64,000 nucleotides of DNA from the human T2T-CHM13v2.0 reference genome, Homo sapiens: NCBI RefSeq assembly GCF_009914755.1, contig NC_060929.1; one strand, 5' to 3'. Both the position numbers and the translations under genes were made by a program. Below, piece by piece: positions 12,251 to 26,564 of this stretch (its first letter is position 1; each line of letters starts with the position of its first letter). A model generated the notes under the pieces. The model was given only the letters and a program-made list of their open reading frames with translations, had not been told where the DNA came from and made no database searches.

Positions 12251-13667
12251 CTCTATCAAATAAAAGCCTGTTGGGATTTACAAGGAAACACTCGCTTGGG
12301 AGCTCAATTAATAATAAAATGTGATGAGCATGTTGATTCTGTGGGTTTTGTTTCCAAATCATTTGCTACCTGCCCCATTTCAGAGCATGTCAGGAATGGG
12401 TACTCTCCCACTGCAAAGATGGGGAAATGAGTCAAAGTGTCTCACTTGTGTAGCAAGTGGAAGCCAGATGTCAGAAGATGTATGCTGGGCAGATGTTAGA
12501 ATTTTAAAACGAGAACTACCTGAATGGCCCCAGCAGAAAACATGGTATTCTAAAAATAGGACACCGACACCCCACCGAAATCAACTGTTCATTTATTTAT
12601 TCTACATGACGGGTGCTGTGGGGCACCAGCTTCTTGCAAGCCTGCAAAACTGCTTGTGATTCATAAGATGTTTCTGAACAGAAAGAGGCTGGTGGTATCC
12701 GTCCATTAAAAACAGGCTCTTCACTGAGATACTGGGCTCTATGTTGTTTTTTCTTTAATTCCAAGAACTCAGAGGGAGGGACAGAAATGCTCAGTGGATA
12801 GCTATGGATGGATGAGCAGAGGGGAGAGGAAATAAGTGTGACATGTAAGCTGATCTGTGTGATACAGTAAGAGAGGAGGATGTTGCGAGGTAGGCCTGGG
12901 TCAGCGTCGCACAGGTGTTGGTGCTGGAATCTGTTTCCTGAACGTCTGTGCTGAACACAAAAACAACCAGGACCACGGGGGTAGAAATAACAAGTCTCAC
13001 ATTGCTTTAACAAAAACAACAAAATAAAGCACTATTCCTGTTTTCTGCTGTTTCTGTCATGCTAAATGACATCCCTGTCCCCAGGTTTAGCTATGTATTT
13101 TGCCACCTCATAAAACCCCAATCAATCTTCCCTTCTCTTCTGGCACCAAGTTATGAAGCATCCCTGATCTTCCAGACCTAAAGAAAACAGCAGAGAGACG
13201 GGGCTCCTCATCAGGTAGAGGTTTTCTTTTTTGTCAGAATTTGAGACTAAATACAGATTGGAGTATTCACTTGGGAATTCAACAGAGATCCATCTTAAGG
13301 AACATTCCAAATACACAATCAGAAAGAAAGCATTTGTGTGCTTTTCTGCTCCTAGGAAAATGCAGAGAGAAAGAAAAGGTTACTGTTTCATGTGAACTGA
13401 TTTCTCCCTTCTCTGTGGTAGGCAGAGAACACATCATCCCACCTGGAACGTGAGTCATTTGTGAAATGCTTGTTTTAAATTCAAACTTCTCCACAACCTG
13501 ACGAGTGTGTGGGAGACCCAAGGAAGCTGACATACAAGGGCAGATTTATTTTTCTGCCAGAAGGAACCATCAACACAAAGGCCAATGGTAACCCTAAAAA
13601 TGGAAATGTGCTAACCCTTTTTATTGTCAAGCAAATAAAAAAATTATTCTTCAAAGGAGGAGAAACA

Positions 13668-13808
13668 AATGCTCAGACCCTCCAATGGCTTCCTGTCTCA
13701 TTCAGAGTAAAAGCCCAAGTCTCTACAAGGATTCTATGAGGTCCTACGTGACCTGCCTCCCGTCTCCTCTTTCCTTACTTCACTGACTTAATCTCCTACC
13801 TCTCCTTA
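13668..13808 (+). mobile_element. L2 LINE fragment
   Basis: gctcagaccctccaatggcttcctgtctcattcagagtaaaagcccaagtc. Confidence 0.75.
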
Positions 13809-14078
13809 TGATATAGGAGTTAAGAAGAAATTAGGCAGATAGCAAGGGCATGGGAGTCCTTGATAAGGCTTTTCTTTTTAATGAAAAACAGAAAAACAGC
13901 CCCAAATCATTTTCTAACAAAGAGCTGCCTGCAAGCTAGGAGCTTGCATGGGTGAATGCCGGCAGGAACTAAGGACTAGACATGTGCAGGATGGCAGCTC
14001 CATCTTCCTTTCTCTGCCAGCCACGTGTACTGTCAAGGAGCAGACAAGATGGTCCCAATCAACTAGAAAGTCCACTTG

Positions 14079-14080
<2 letters not shown>
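13809..14080 (+). mobile_element. ERV1 LTR 5' part (MER50-like), truncated
   Basis: TGATATAGGAGTTAAGAAGAAATTAGGCAGATAG...gcaagctaggagcttgcatgggtgaatgccggcag...ggagcagacaagatgg; subfamily from memory. Confidence 0.7.
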
Positions 14081-14682
<602 letters not shown>

Positions 14683-14978
14683 TAAGGCCTGGACTCCACA
14701 AATCAAATCAATGTGTTATAATACAGAACTCTGGGTACTTCCTAATCTTATAACCTCTTCCTACTCATGCTCACGCCCCAAAGGCTATCTATCTATGAGA
14801 TATGTTGTACACAGGAGAATCCAAGCCCAAGAAACTAAAAATCATCCCAAAGCAGTTTAAAAATGAACAGGGTTTATTTTACTGTAGAGCTTGTTACATC
14901 ATCCATTTGTTGAATTACCATTTATGTTGGGTTACTTATCCTTACAATTCAAATGACCTACAGCCCTAGACACTAGAA

Positions 14979-15142
14979 TTTTATTTCATTTTTGAGACAC
15001 AGTCTCACACTGTCGCCCACGCTGAAGCGCAGTGGTATAATCATGGCTCACTGCAGCCTCAAGTAACCGGGCTCAAGTGATCCTCCTGCCTCAGCCTCCT
15101 AAGTAGCTAGGACCAAAAATGGGCACCACAATGCCTGGCTAG

Positions 15143-15192
<50 letters not shown>

Positions 15193-15314
15193 ATTTTTGG
15201 ACAGACGAGTTTACACTATGTTGCCTAGGCTGGTGGCAAACCCTGGCCTTAAGCAATCCTCTCGCCTCGGCCTCCCAAAGTGCTGGGATTATAGGCCTGA
15301 GCCACCATGCCTGG
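14979..15314 (-). mobile_element. AluJ SINE with (TG)n in the central linker
   Basis: atcatggctcactgcagcctc...gggctcaagtgatcctcc are J-type diagnostics. Confidence 0.93.
15146..15190. repeat. (TG)22 microsatellite
   Basis: Perfect dinucleotide run inside the Alu linker. Confidence 0.97.
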
Positions 15315-15826
15315 TTGAGTTTTATTTTTTTTAAGCAGCCACGATATACAGGAATCAAGAGAATTTAATCCTCAAAAGTAAAAAAGAAAAACCTCTATGA
15401 AAGGAAATGACTTGGGCTTGTGTCTATGTAGTGCCCAAAACAACCTGTTGGTCTGCTAATCTGTTAATCAAACAACTGTTTTAACTATATTATGAGAAAT
15501 AACCACTTCAAGTTATTTTTGTTTTTATAGAATTGACAACTCCTGTTCCTCCCAAACTGCTTCTTTGATACACTACACATATGGCCGTAAAAGAAAGAAT
15601 GCTTTAAATACCATGAAGCCCACATCTAAGTACTTAATTATCTGGGAAGCTTATGATGATGGTGATGATGTTTTCCCTCAATGGTAAATCTAAACCATGT
15701 GTGACAGCTGCAAACCACAGCATTTATTTAGTAAAGCCAGGGCTCCTTGCTCCTCTGTAGGCTTAGGAAACATTTCAGTGATGTCTGAAAAATAATAAAA
15801 TATGTTACATAAAAGTCCAATATCTA

Positions 15827-16150
15827 GAACCTCAAAAATATTATATTCAGTGAAAGAAGTCAGACATAAAAGAACACATATTGTATGATTCCATTTGTAC
15901 AAAATGTCCCAAAAAGGCAAGTATATAGAGACAGAAAATAGATGACAGGCTATCTAGGGCTGGGGGTAGGCACAGGGGATGACTATAAATGGGTATCAAC
16001 CTTTCTAGAATACACACGTCATAAAATTATATCGTGATGACTGGATGGCTCTGTAAATACACTAAAATTCATTGATTGTACATTTACACCTCATGAATTT
16101 TATGGTATGTAAATTACATCTCAATAACACTGTTACTAAAAAAAAAAAAA
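15827..16150 (+). mobile_element. Old L1 (L1MB/L1ME-type) 3' end with poly(A)
   Basis: agtgaaagaagtcagacataaaagaacacatattgtatgattccattt...; degenerate TSD AAAAGTCCARTATYTA at 15811-15826 and 16158-16173. Confidence 0.85.
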
Positions 16151-16321
16151 GATGGAAAAAAGTCCAGTATTTATAAAAGCTTACAGGTTATAGGGTGCAG
16201 GGAGGAGAAACTAGAAGACAATGATGCTATCTCACAGTATTCATCATGCAAATTATGGTTTCTGTTCTTTTCTCCACTCCTATACAATCATGGTGACTCA
16301 GGAGAGGGTTACAGGTGTGTT

Positions 16322-16530
16322 GAAGCACAGTGATAAAAGTACTGAACTCCGGGCCAGACTGCCTAGGTCGGCCACCTACTGCTCTGTGACTTCAGGACAA
16401 ATCACTCGGTGCTTCTTGTACTTTAGTTTCCTCATCTGTAAACACTAGTAATAGTACTGACCTCATACGGTTGTTGTGAATATTAAATTCAATATATGAG
16501 AAAAGTTTAAAAGTGCTCACTATCATTATT
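16322..16530 (+). mobile_element. MIR SINE
   Basis: ctgtgacttcaggacaaatcact...agtttcctcatctgtaaac...gacctcatacggttgttgtgaatattaaa. Confidence 0.8.
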
Positions 16531-17337
16531 ATCCTTTTAGCCTCTTCTTGTGTGCCCAATAAAGATCTTGGTTTTCTGTATATGCCAAGATATGAAAATC
16601 ACTGGGAAACAACGTCAAACAAATTGCGCTGCATTATGTCTGAATCATGTTCTGTGACAAGTCATATTACAAGTGGTACGGTTATATTATGCAATGTATG
16701 TGATAATGTGTGAGAACAAACGAAGCAGGCTACGTAAAAGACTTTTTCAAAAATAAGGTTGTACATCACTTAGAAACACATTCTTAAGGATCTATTAAAC
16801 TCATATTTTCATTATAATCTGCTAAGTATGAACACTATAAAAGCGTTTTTGTCTACTCAATTGTCAGGGTCAAAGTAGAATTGGGTTGGGTTGATTGGTA
16901 TATCTTTTAAAAATACTGTATTTTTCTTATGCAATGAAGTGTACTCAGCAGGGATCCAAACTATATATGCAACAACAAAACAGGATTAAAAGCTTTTTAA
17001 TGAAGGCACTGTAAACAGCATTTTCCTTCTGCTTTAGAATATTTCAAATACAAAATTAGCAAGCCCCAGAGACTGGAATTTCTGCTACAGGAGAGATGAA
17101 AGGTTAACTGTCTAAAAAGGAAAGACTATGTTTGACATATTCTATTTAGAAAATAAAAGGGTTTCCTAATAAAAGCAGAGGCCCACTTGATGCGCCTAAT
17201 GCTCCTTCAGTGTTTGCATACACAACTGAGTAATTAGAAAGCCCCACTCGGAAAAAAAAAAAAAAAAGTGAATAAAAAGCCATTGCAGACATCGGTCCCT
17301 TGTTTACTAGGCTTGCTGGAGGCCCTGGAGGTCACTG

Positions 17338-17347
17338 TGATTGACAG
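17338..17347 (+). promoter_or_regulatory. PBX-PREP/MEIS decamer TGATTGACAG
   Basis: Exact match in a repeat-free block. Confidence 0.4.
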
Positions 17348-20035
17348 GATTTTGGTGTTAGTAGGAGAGTTGATAATGCACACACATCTCTGGAGAGGAG
17401 AGCTCCGGAGTCCTGATCATGCTTAATAGAAGGGCAGCCACTGTGGAGAACAATGGAACAGGCAAAGCCTGGGGGACTGGTGGGCAGAAGGATGTTCAAG
17501 GATTGCAAATGACGTTCCCAGTCAATTAGTACCCATTGGGAAGCCGAGGTACACCATGCCAAAAAAAAAAATACCTAAAAATTCTCAGGGCAAGAATCTT
17601 CCTTTGCCAAAGACAAGGTACCACTGTAGCCATTTCCATTAGGTATACTTCAGTAACCTCAGCTCCCCCAAAGCACCCCTATGAGCTGCTGAAGATCAAG
17701 TCATTTTAGAAAAGCAACACTAGTTCCTACAACGTATGGCAATGTTTTCATTAGGCATGGCTGAAAGGCAAAAACCACAGCTTTGAATCACAAAGCCACC
17801 TGAACTTTATCTTTTTGTTCTACTTGAATTCCTAGAAACTCAATGGAAAGTATTTTCTGTATTTCCAGTCATTGAGAGGAACCATGTTAATTATTCCCAA
17901 GGTTCCTCCCCTTAAAGATCCCTGTGACCCAAATTTAAAAACAAGATCCAACCGGTTTCATTTGATGTAATGATATTTGAGATGTGTGGTTACAGAGAAT
18001 AAATCTATTTCTATAATATGTTATTACATTAGTTTAATGAATATGCTTTCAACCAATGAAGATATTCCTCTTCCAGAGACACAAAGGTAGTTGCCACAAG
18101 AACTTGAATTACCCTGTCGTTGTTCTTCATTTCCACTTATTAATGAGATCATATATTAGCTGTTGCCCATGCAAAGTTTTAACCATCAAAATATCCTAAT
18201 TCTAAAAGTCGGAACCTAGTGAGCAGAATCATGGTCCAATTGTTGATTCTGCTTATAGAACATCAGTTAAAACTGCAGGAGTACATGTGCTGAAATGTAG
18301 ATTTTTACAAAATGGGCTGTTTACCTTTTCATAACTCCTTTGCTCAAAAACACAGGACCATTTATTGAGGCAAAGGAATAAAAACAATCTTGTCTTGACA
18401 AGGTCACACCAGGTTTTCCTAGCTTAATCCTTTTGGAAAACTTTTTCTCACTTAATCCATTTCATCCTGTAGAAAGCCCTGTTCAGAATTTCTATATGAT
18501 ACTGAAACAATAAACAGACATGTAGGGTGTCAAAGTTCTAAGGGAAAAACATACAGAGGTCTTTGAAAGAGTGTCTTCCAAAATAAAACACTGAGAAAAC
18601 GATTGTTGTTTCTTTGGGGCATGGAGCGAAGCGATCCCCTTGGAAAGCACACACTGCAGAAAATGTAAAATTAGACATCTACCTGAACACCATGACTTAG
18701 TCTAAAAAAATATGCAACTGTGCTTAAGTGAATTTATTTGAATATTTTTACTTTAAAAATAAGTAATTTTAAGAAAAGGAGAGCAGTTAGTGCATTTTCA
18801 TTCTGGGAGCTTCAAGTCACATCAAAATCTTCACGCAAAGTTTCCTTTCTCTTTGAACTGTAAGCACCACTCTGGCTGGGCCAGGTGGGATGAAGTGGAG
18901 CAACAGCGACAAAGCACAATGACTTACTTTCCCATTCCATCCTGATTTCTCATTCATGCTTTGTTTCCTTTCTTTAAAGGGGGGAAACAGCCCTCCATTC
19001 ATTTGCTACAAGGTCCACAGAACCATCTCAGGGCTTACGGGGACAGTGTGTCACCAGGGCAACTGAAATAAACACGAAAGACAGATGTGAAGGCTGGAAT
19101 TCTTCAAAGGCAAGAGGGTTTGACACTTCATAAATCACTGTGTCACTCTGCTATAACAAAAACTGGTCTCATGTACTGTACCCGAGGCTTTCTCTCGCTG
19201 TACTTGCTTGTGGAGTCTGTTTGCATACCACATCTGGTTTGTCACTAAAAGCTTTATAAAGGCAGTGAATCAATAAGAGTGAGAAAAGGGTGGGGCCCTT
19301 CACTCTCAATACAATAAAGTCCTCTTAAGAAAGAATTCAAGAAACCAGTTACTAAGAAAATAAAAAACTAAAAAGGTCTCAGATAAGAAATGAAAATGCT
19401 TTCAATCTGAACACATAAAAAAGCATGATCTTGGTTATCTGGCTACTTTCAGTTGGCTATGCTGTTCTCAAGATCACAGGCACAAAATGTTGAGCATCTA
19501 TTTGTATCTGTGTCTAGGTGAGTCCAAATTAACTATTCTGTCTTTCATCTGGTAGGCAAGGGGGAGCTCCTAGTGGAGTTCAGTTTATTTAAAAACATAA
19601 ATGTTTGTTAGGTTGAACCGAATAAGTCTGCCATCTTATGATTTTCTTCTGAAGAGGTTACGAGAAGAGCTGGCCTTCAAACTGTAATTAGCAAGTTTTC
19701 GAGGATGTGTGAGTGTTTCTGACTGCTTGGTACCAACCAGATCTGCCTTAAGCAGAGTGAATGGGTAGTAATCACTGTGGATCAAGATGTATTTGCTGTT
19801 TCTTTTACTAAATTATCTTAACAGTGATAGCTCAGGGTACTTAGCAGTCATTCATACCCTGGTCATGTAGTCATACACAATATTTAAATGTATCATACTA
19901 AAGAAAACACCATTTGTGTCTATTTTCCAAGCTTCCATTCTCTTACATTTAGTCAATTTAATTATAAGATAAATGTAATATGATTTGAAATCTAACTTGA
20001 AAATAAGCATGTGCCATTTCACCATTAGACCTATA

Positions 20036-20439
20036 CAGATGCTCCTTTGACTTATGATTGGCTTATTTCCTGATAAACGAACTCATTGTGAGTTGAAAAT
20101 TATTGTATGTAGAAAGTGCATTTAATACATGTAACCTACAAAACATCATAGCTAAGCCTAGCCTACCTTAAACATGCTCAGAACGCTTACATTAGCCTAT
20201 GGTTTGGCAAAATCATCTGGCCACACAATAAACTTTAGAGTATGTATGTATGTATGTATTTACTTATTTATTTATTTATTTGAGACAGGGTCTCATCTCG
20301 CTCTGTGGCCCAGGCTGGAGTACAATGGCATGATCATGGCTCACTGCAGCCTTGACCTCCTGGGACTCAAGTGATCCTCCTACCTCTCAGCCTCCTTAGT
20401 AGCTGGGACCACAGGCATGTGCCACCACACCTGGCTATA

Positions 20440-20470
<31 letters not shown>

Positions 20471-20785
20471 GGAGAGACAGGGTTTCCATATGTTGCCCAG
20501 GCTGGTCTTAAACTCCTAGGCTCAAACAACCCTCCCACCTCAGCCTCCCAAAGTGCTGGGATTCCAGGCATGAGCCACCAAGTACTAGTTGTCTACCCTA
20601 GTGATTGCGCGGCTTACTGGGAACTGCAACTCACTGTTGCTGCCCAGCTTCGTGACAGATACTGTACTGCATATCGCCAGCCTGGGAAAAGATCAAAACC
20701 CAATATTCAAAGTATAGTTTTGACTGAATGTGTGTCCCTTTCATACCATCGTAAAGTGCATAAATTGTAAGTTGAAGACCATCTA
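20036..20785 (+). mobile_element. Tigger4b (MER46/Zombi)-type DNA transposon, split by an Alu
   Basis: TA|CAGATGCTCCTTTGACTTATGAT ... GTAAGTTGAAGACCATCT(A)|TA termini; internal tagcctagcctaccttaaacatgctcagaac. Confidence 0.85.
20240..20580 (-). mobile_element. AluJ SINE inserted in Tigger4b
   Basis: (TATG)n/(TTTA)n tail, (TA)n in the linker, slightly truncated head. Confidence 0.93.
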
Positions 20786-20800
20786 TATATTATTGTATGT

Positions 20801-20969
20801 CTTTTTTTCTTTCTTAGTCAGTTCCCGCTATGTTTTCCAGGCTGGAGTGGGCAGTGGCTATTCACAGGATCAGTGATCATTGCACACTACAGCCTCCAAC
20901 TCCTGGCCTCAGGCAATTTGCCTCAGCCTCTGGATTAGTTAGGACTACAGGTACACCATCTTGCTAGGC
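20801..20969 (-). mobile_element. FAM (fossil Alu monomer, 7SL-derived)
   Basis: Monomer with the gcagtggctattcacagg segment characteristic of FAM/7SL. Confidence 0.75.
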
Positions 20970-21367
20970 ATTTTATGCTTTCTTTTTCTGTTACAAGAGT
21001 GGACAAATCATCCTCATGCACCTAACAATATTATATAGCAACGGTCCATAGTATTTTCAAGAATGAAAACTCTTCCATGAAGCAGCTGTATTTCTGTTAT
21101 CTGAACACTAAAAAGTACAACATGACAAAAAGTACTCTAGTGCAGTAACTTTTTATATGAATTTGTACTCACTAGCATGCATATTATTGGGGGATAATAA
21201 TGCTACATGTATTCTAAGGCACATCTGTACATGTTTTATTAGTCACCCATCAAATTTTGTGATACAAGGAAATGTGAAGACCTCTTTGAAATATCCATGG
21301 GGTCACCCAGGACTTTATGCCTCACAGAGCCACTAAAACCTATGTCTCCTGGCTCTTTCTCACTCTC

Positions 21368-21669
21368 TTTCTTTTTTTCTTTGTCTTTTTTTAAAGACAC
21401 AGGGTCTCCTTCTGTTGCCTAGACTGGAGTGCAGTAGTGTAATTATAGCTCACTGCAGGCTGGAACTCCTGAGTTCAAGTGGTCCTCACACTTCAGCCTC
21501 CCAAGTAGCTAGGATTATAGGCACGTGCCACCACATGCAGCTAATTTTAAAAATAAATTATTTATTTTTTTTAGAGACACGATCTCACTTGAGGTCGACG
21601 TTACCTCCAGTGATCCACTTTGGCCTCCCAAAGGGTTGGGATTATATGCATGAGTTGCTATGCCTGGCC
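21368..21669 (-). mobile_element. AluJ SINE with a rearranged left arm
   Basis: Antisense Alu; the usual tatgttgcccaggctggtctcgaactcc segment is replaced by a short inverted repeat. Confidence 0.9.
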
Positions 21670-24004
21670 TCTTTCTAATTTTTCTGGCCTCAGTCCAAGT
21701 ACTACTGCATGTTGGAGTCAACTTCATTGACTACCCAAGCCACTTGGGTAACTTTCTTCCAGCCACTATGCTCTATCACATTTCTGGTTTTTATGAACTA
21801 TATTTTTTATTCAAACTCATCACACTCTCTAATTCTTTTGTTTATTCAGTTACTTGAATAAAGGCTGTCTGTATCCCCCATTCACTAAATCATGGGACCT
21901 TGCCTTTTTAACAAATAGATGGGTATTTCCAACACCTAAACAGGGTTCATCAAATGTAAAGACTATTTAATTTCCACTGATACAGATTCCACAAGACAGA
22001 TAAAGCAAAGAGACAAACTGGCTTAATTTACCAAGTTAATATCACTAAGCTCAATTAGTACTGTTTTTTCGTTTGTTTGTTTATTTTAACCAACTATGGC
22101 CAATCTTCACACAGACCAGACAATATTTCTCCTCTTTTAGTGTGTTCTTACCTTTGCTTTTGAAAGATTTTACATATGCCAGACACCTCTGGAAGGGCAG
22201 CTATCTTAGTATTATCCAGAGTTGGGAAATAGCCATGATATCATTCAGTTATGAAAATCAGAAATATGTGCTTCCTTTTTTTTTTTAAGAAATAGTCTCA
22301 GATATTCAACTTGTTTGTCTTAGATTTGCTTAAACCCCAAACAATCTGTGTTTAATGTTTTTGGTGTCCCACTGCTTTGCAAGCAGACATACCACTTGCA
22401 AATGTGCCAGCCCTTTGTGCAAACACCCAAAAGGCTACATCAGATCCAAAAGCTCTGGCTCACAAGGGGGCCAGCAGGTGGAGAGCAGAAGAATCAGCCA
22501 TGAGTGTGTGCCTTTCGGCCTGCTAAGAAGGAAGACAGTGGCATAAAGAGAGTATTATGGTTCCAGGCACAACTTCAGTCTGTCCAAGAGGCTCTATCGT
22601 TAACGGAGAATACAGAGATTACATTCAGTTACCCGAATTCTACAAGCTTTCTGTAATGCTCAAAAGGTTTAAGTGCACTTATCTGTCATCCCTTCACTTT
22701 CCTTTTTGAAATAAATCCCTTTGTAATAACAAATCAGACTTTCCTTCTTCTCTTTATGCAGATGAGCAATGCATGGGTGCTTTTATATTTAGCTGGTAGG
22801 GAAGAATGACAACAGGTAGCAGAAGCAGACTGTAGATTATTATTTGCAATTAACAATAGGAGATATAGCTCCCTTCTTACCTTCCAATTCATTTCTCTAT
22901 GCTAATAGAAAATAATTAAACTGCACAGCAATTTAAAGTATCAGGTTGGGTTCTGAATGAATATCTTTAAGGTTCATGATAGCAATTAATAGATTCCTTT
23001 TTAATGCCAGTTGTTTAGATCTTGATAATCAACCTGTTGGGTTCTTCTGTTTTGTAATTCATGTAGTTAGTCAACCAAAATGATACTATTTAACCTCTTT
23101 TCACCCATGGCAATCTTTACCGTAGATGAAGTCACTGAGCCACGCACATTCTAACTTGAAATTACCATGAGTGACTCTTTAACTTGAAGTTACTCACCTA
23201 TGTTCCTGGCAGGCCAGATTTGTGAGCAAAAAATTCACTGGAAGTAACATAAAGCCATTGTGGGCACCAGCTGTCCCAGTAGGAGCAATGAGGGAGGGAT
23301 ATTAATAATGGCAAAACATAGTTGTTTGCCTGGTCACAGAAAATGGCCCACAGCACAGGTTGAGTGAGTCACAGCTGATCAAAAAGTGCCTCAAAATAGG
23401 AAAATGTCTAAGCATGTTAAAAATGCAACAACAGCTTCAGGTAGGTGAAAAACAATAGGCAAGCTATACTATTTATACATCATCTACTATTTACTCCACT
23501 AATGCAAACACATTTTTTACTACTGGCAAACAGAGAAGAAGAAAGTTAACTACATACAGGTCTAATGATGCTAGCCATACTGAATATAGGAGAAAACTGT
23601 GAAGTTATTTGCTTCACTAAAAGCCAAACTGGGTTTTTACACATTAGGTAAAGTCAAACTTCATGATTAAATCCAAGGAGAGGTAACTTTCCTTGATATC
23701 CCCTCAGGCCTAGAGTGAACCAGCAGAAAACCCAGAAGTGCAGAAGGGATGTCCTTTTTACAGCATCTATCCACCTTTGCCTATAGTGATACCACTTTTG
23801 CAATTTTAGAAACTTTCTGGATAGTTGCTTCATACTCAGAGTCACCCTAGAAATTTCAATAGTAGTAAATATTAAACTTCTAAAAATTAGTAGCATGCAA
23901 GCTCCCAGTTTTAATTAAACTCATACTGTTAATGCAGATTAGGCATATATGTTTATATCATACACAAACTGCACTTCTGATTTACATGTATTAATCTTAG
24001 AGTA

Positions 24005-24250
24005 ATAGCAAAGTATAAGGGAAAAGAACACAAGCTTGATGACCTAAAGGGATTTTACATTCAGATCCAGCATTGCCTGAGAGACTTTTGACAGAAAATT
24101 TAACCTCTCTGGGCCTCTGTTTCTTATGTAAAAATGAAGACAATTATATTACAACTTTCAAGGATTATGAGATAAAAGAGATTGTAAGATTAGTGGGTTA
24201 ATGACTGAAGAAATTACAGTTCTTGGCACATACAGTTCTTGGCACACAGT
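24005..24250 (+). mobile_element. MIR SINE
   Basis: atttaacctctctgggcctctgtttcttatgtaaaaatgaagacaat...aaggattatgagataaaagaga. Confidence 0.7.
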
Positions 24251-24400
24251 GTATATAGATATGTGTGTGTGTATATATGTATATATAAAATGTATATGGC
24301 ATATATTCAATATATGTTGCTGTCTTATCTCTTTTTTCCCTAATTCATATGTTAATGTAAATGGTTCAATTTTAGTTTATTTAAAGCCATGAGCACCTTA

Positions 24401-24869
24401 CATTTGACCAACCTCCATGCAGTTGAAAATCCATGTATAACTTCTGATTTCTTAAACCTTAAATACTAATAGCCTATTGGTGACCAGAAGTTTTACTGAT
24501 AACATAAACAGTCAATTAACACATATTGTATTTTTTTATGTATTATATACTATATTCTTACATGCTAGAGAAAGGAAAACATTATTAGGAAAATCATAAG
24601 GAAGAGAAAATATGTTTACTATTCATTAAGTGGAAGTGGATTATCATAAGTTTTCATTCTCATCATCTTCATCATGATGAGTAGGCTGAGGAGAAGGAGA
24701 AAGAAGAGGGGTTGGTCTTGATGTGGCAGGGATGGCAGAGGCAGAAGAGGTGGAAGAGGCTGAAGGGGAGGCAGGAGAGGCAGGCGCACACAGTTTAACT
24801 TTTATTGAAAAAAATCCATGTGTAAATGAATTCCTGTGCTTCAAACCCATTTCGGTCAAGTGTCAATTT
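24401..24869 (-). mobile_element. Tigger2a/2b-type (MER28 family) DNA transposon
   Basis: ggaaaatcataaggaagagaaaatatgtttactattcattaagtggaagtggat...ggggaggcaggagaggcagg...ttcaaacccatttcggtcaagtgtcaa. Confidence 0.85.
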
Positions 24870-26213
24870 TACTTAAATTTGAAGCACTAGGAGGTCTCTG
24901 ATTTTCTTAAAACCTAAATCTAAATTTTCTTTCAAAGTTTTTATTTAGTTAGCAATCATATTTATACTGTACTATAGAAGATATTTATGATGGATACGGG
25001 AATGAATCAGAATTGCCCGCAAAGGTCAATCAAAAGAAGACATAAGGCCATTTTGTGTATAGCCAGCAAATACAGAATTACAGAAATCAACAGAAACTTA
25101 TCTATTATTTTGTTTATCCAAGGAGATAAAGGGATCCAGGAAGTTTTCTACTGGCTCACCATGAGCCCTGTGTTATTCTAGAATGATTATAGATTCAAGA
25201 TTCTGGATTTTAGAATGACAACATTGCTTCTTGCAATAACCATTAGGTTTCACCTAGAAGACTCAAAGACTTCAATTGGAAGAGAAGCCTGATCCCAGTT
25301 CTAGCTCTGTAGGTCTACAGTGAGAGTTATATTTCCTCTGCAGCAGTTCATTCCAGTGTAAGGTTTGCCTGAAAACATTCTTCCTGAAACCAGGGCTGGG
25401 CCATACATGTGGTCTCTGCTCACTCTGACAGGAGAAAGCAAACAGCCCAGACTTGATTGGGTCTGAACATGGCCACCCTCTGTGACTCTGCTGTATTTCA
25501 TAAGGCAAAAAGTATATGAGTTCTGCCTTTCTAGAAATCATCTTTATATGTGCTTTTCTATTCAGTCATGGATTATAAATAGATTCTCTGATTAGTTTCC
25601 CAAGTGAAAAGTATATAGAAAAGAACAGGATTTACTTCTGAATGTGAAAGTACATTATTTTATTCTAACAACTAAATCAGTAGAGCAGCAAGTTATCCCT
25701 AGGAGATCAGAAGGAGAGCAAATTCCTAAATAATAAGGTCATGTAGTAAAAATGGAAGTATGAGGACAAAATGTAAGTGCAATGGGAAATTCTACTTTCT
25801 TCAATATAGTAATAAAATAGCTTACAATGCCAGGAAAATATTATAAAACCATTAGAAAAGTCTACAAGTTATGACAAGATGGCTTAAAGTGGAAAAAAAT
25901 AGGGCCTTCACCTATGCTGTTCTTTTAATATATTGACTATAGGTACCACATGTTTTGATACAGAATAACCAACCATATTAGCCACAAAATGCCAGATTTT
26001 TACTTTATTTTCTCCTGGATAAATCAGGAAAAAATACCTTTGTGTTGGGAAAAAAAATTTGTGCTTTTATTCCCCCTAAGTTTCTGGACATAAATATGAC
26101 CTGGCATTTTGTCTATTAGCCAGAAAACCAAAACATCCCATGTTCTTGTTTTGTTTCATGTATGAAATTTGAACTGCAAAGGGTATAATATAATCATATA
26201 AGTAGATGTATAA

Positions 26214-26564
<351 letters not shown>

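Noticed and set aside
13930-13948. Palindrome TGCAAGCT-AGG-AGCTTGCA
   Set aside because: Appears to be part of the LTR consensus, not a locus-specific hairpin
23192-23300. Minus-strand donor TAG|GTGAGT
   Set aside because: No matching acceptor found upstream; isolated donors are common
24215-24246. 16-bp tandem duplication TACAGTTCTTGGCACA
   Set aside because: Ordinary slippage duplication inside a MIR
24644-24859. Pro/Ser-rich ORF with an acidic tail
   Set aside because: Lies within a Tigger2-type transposon relic
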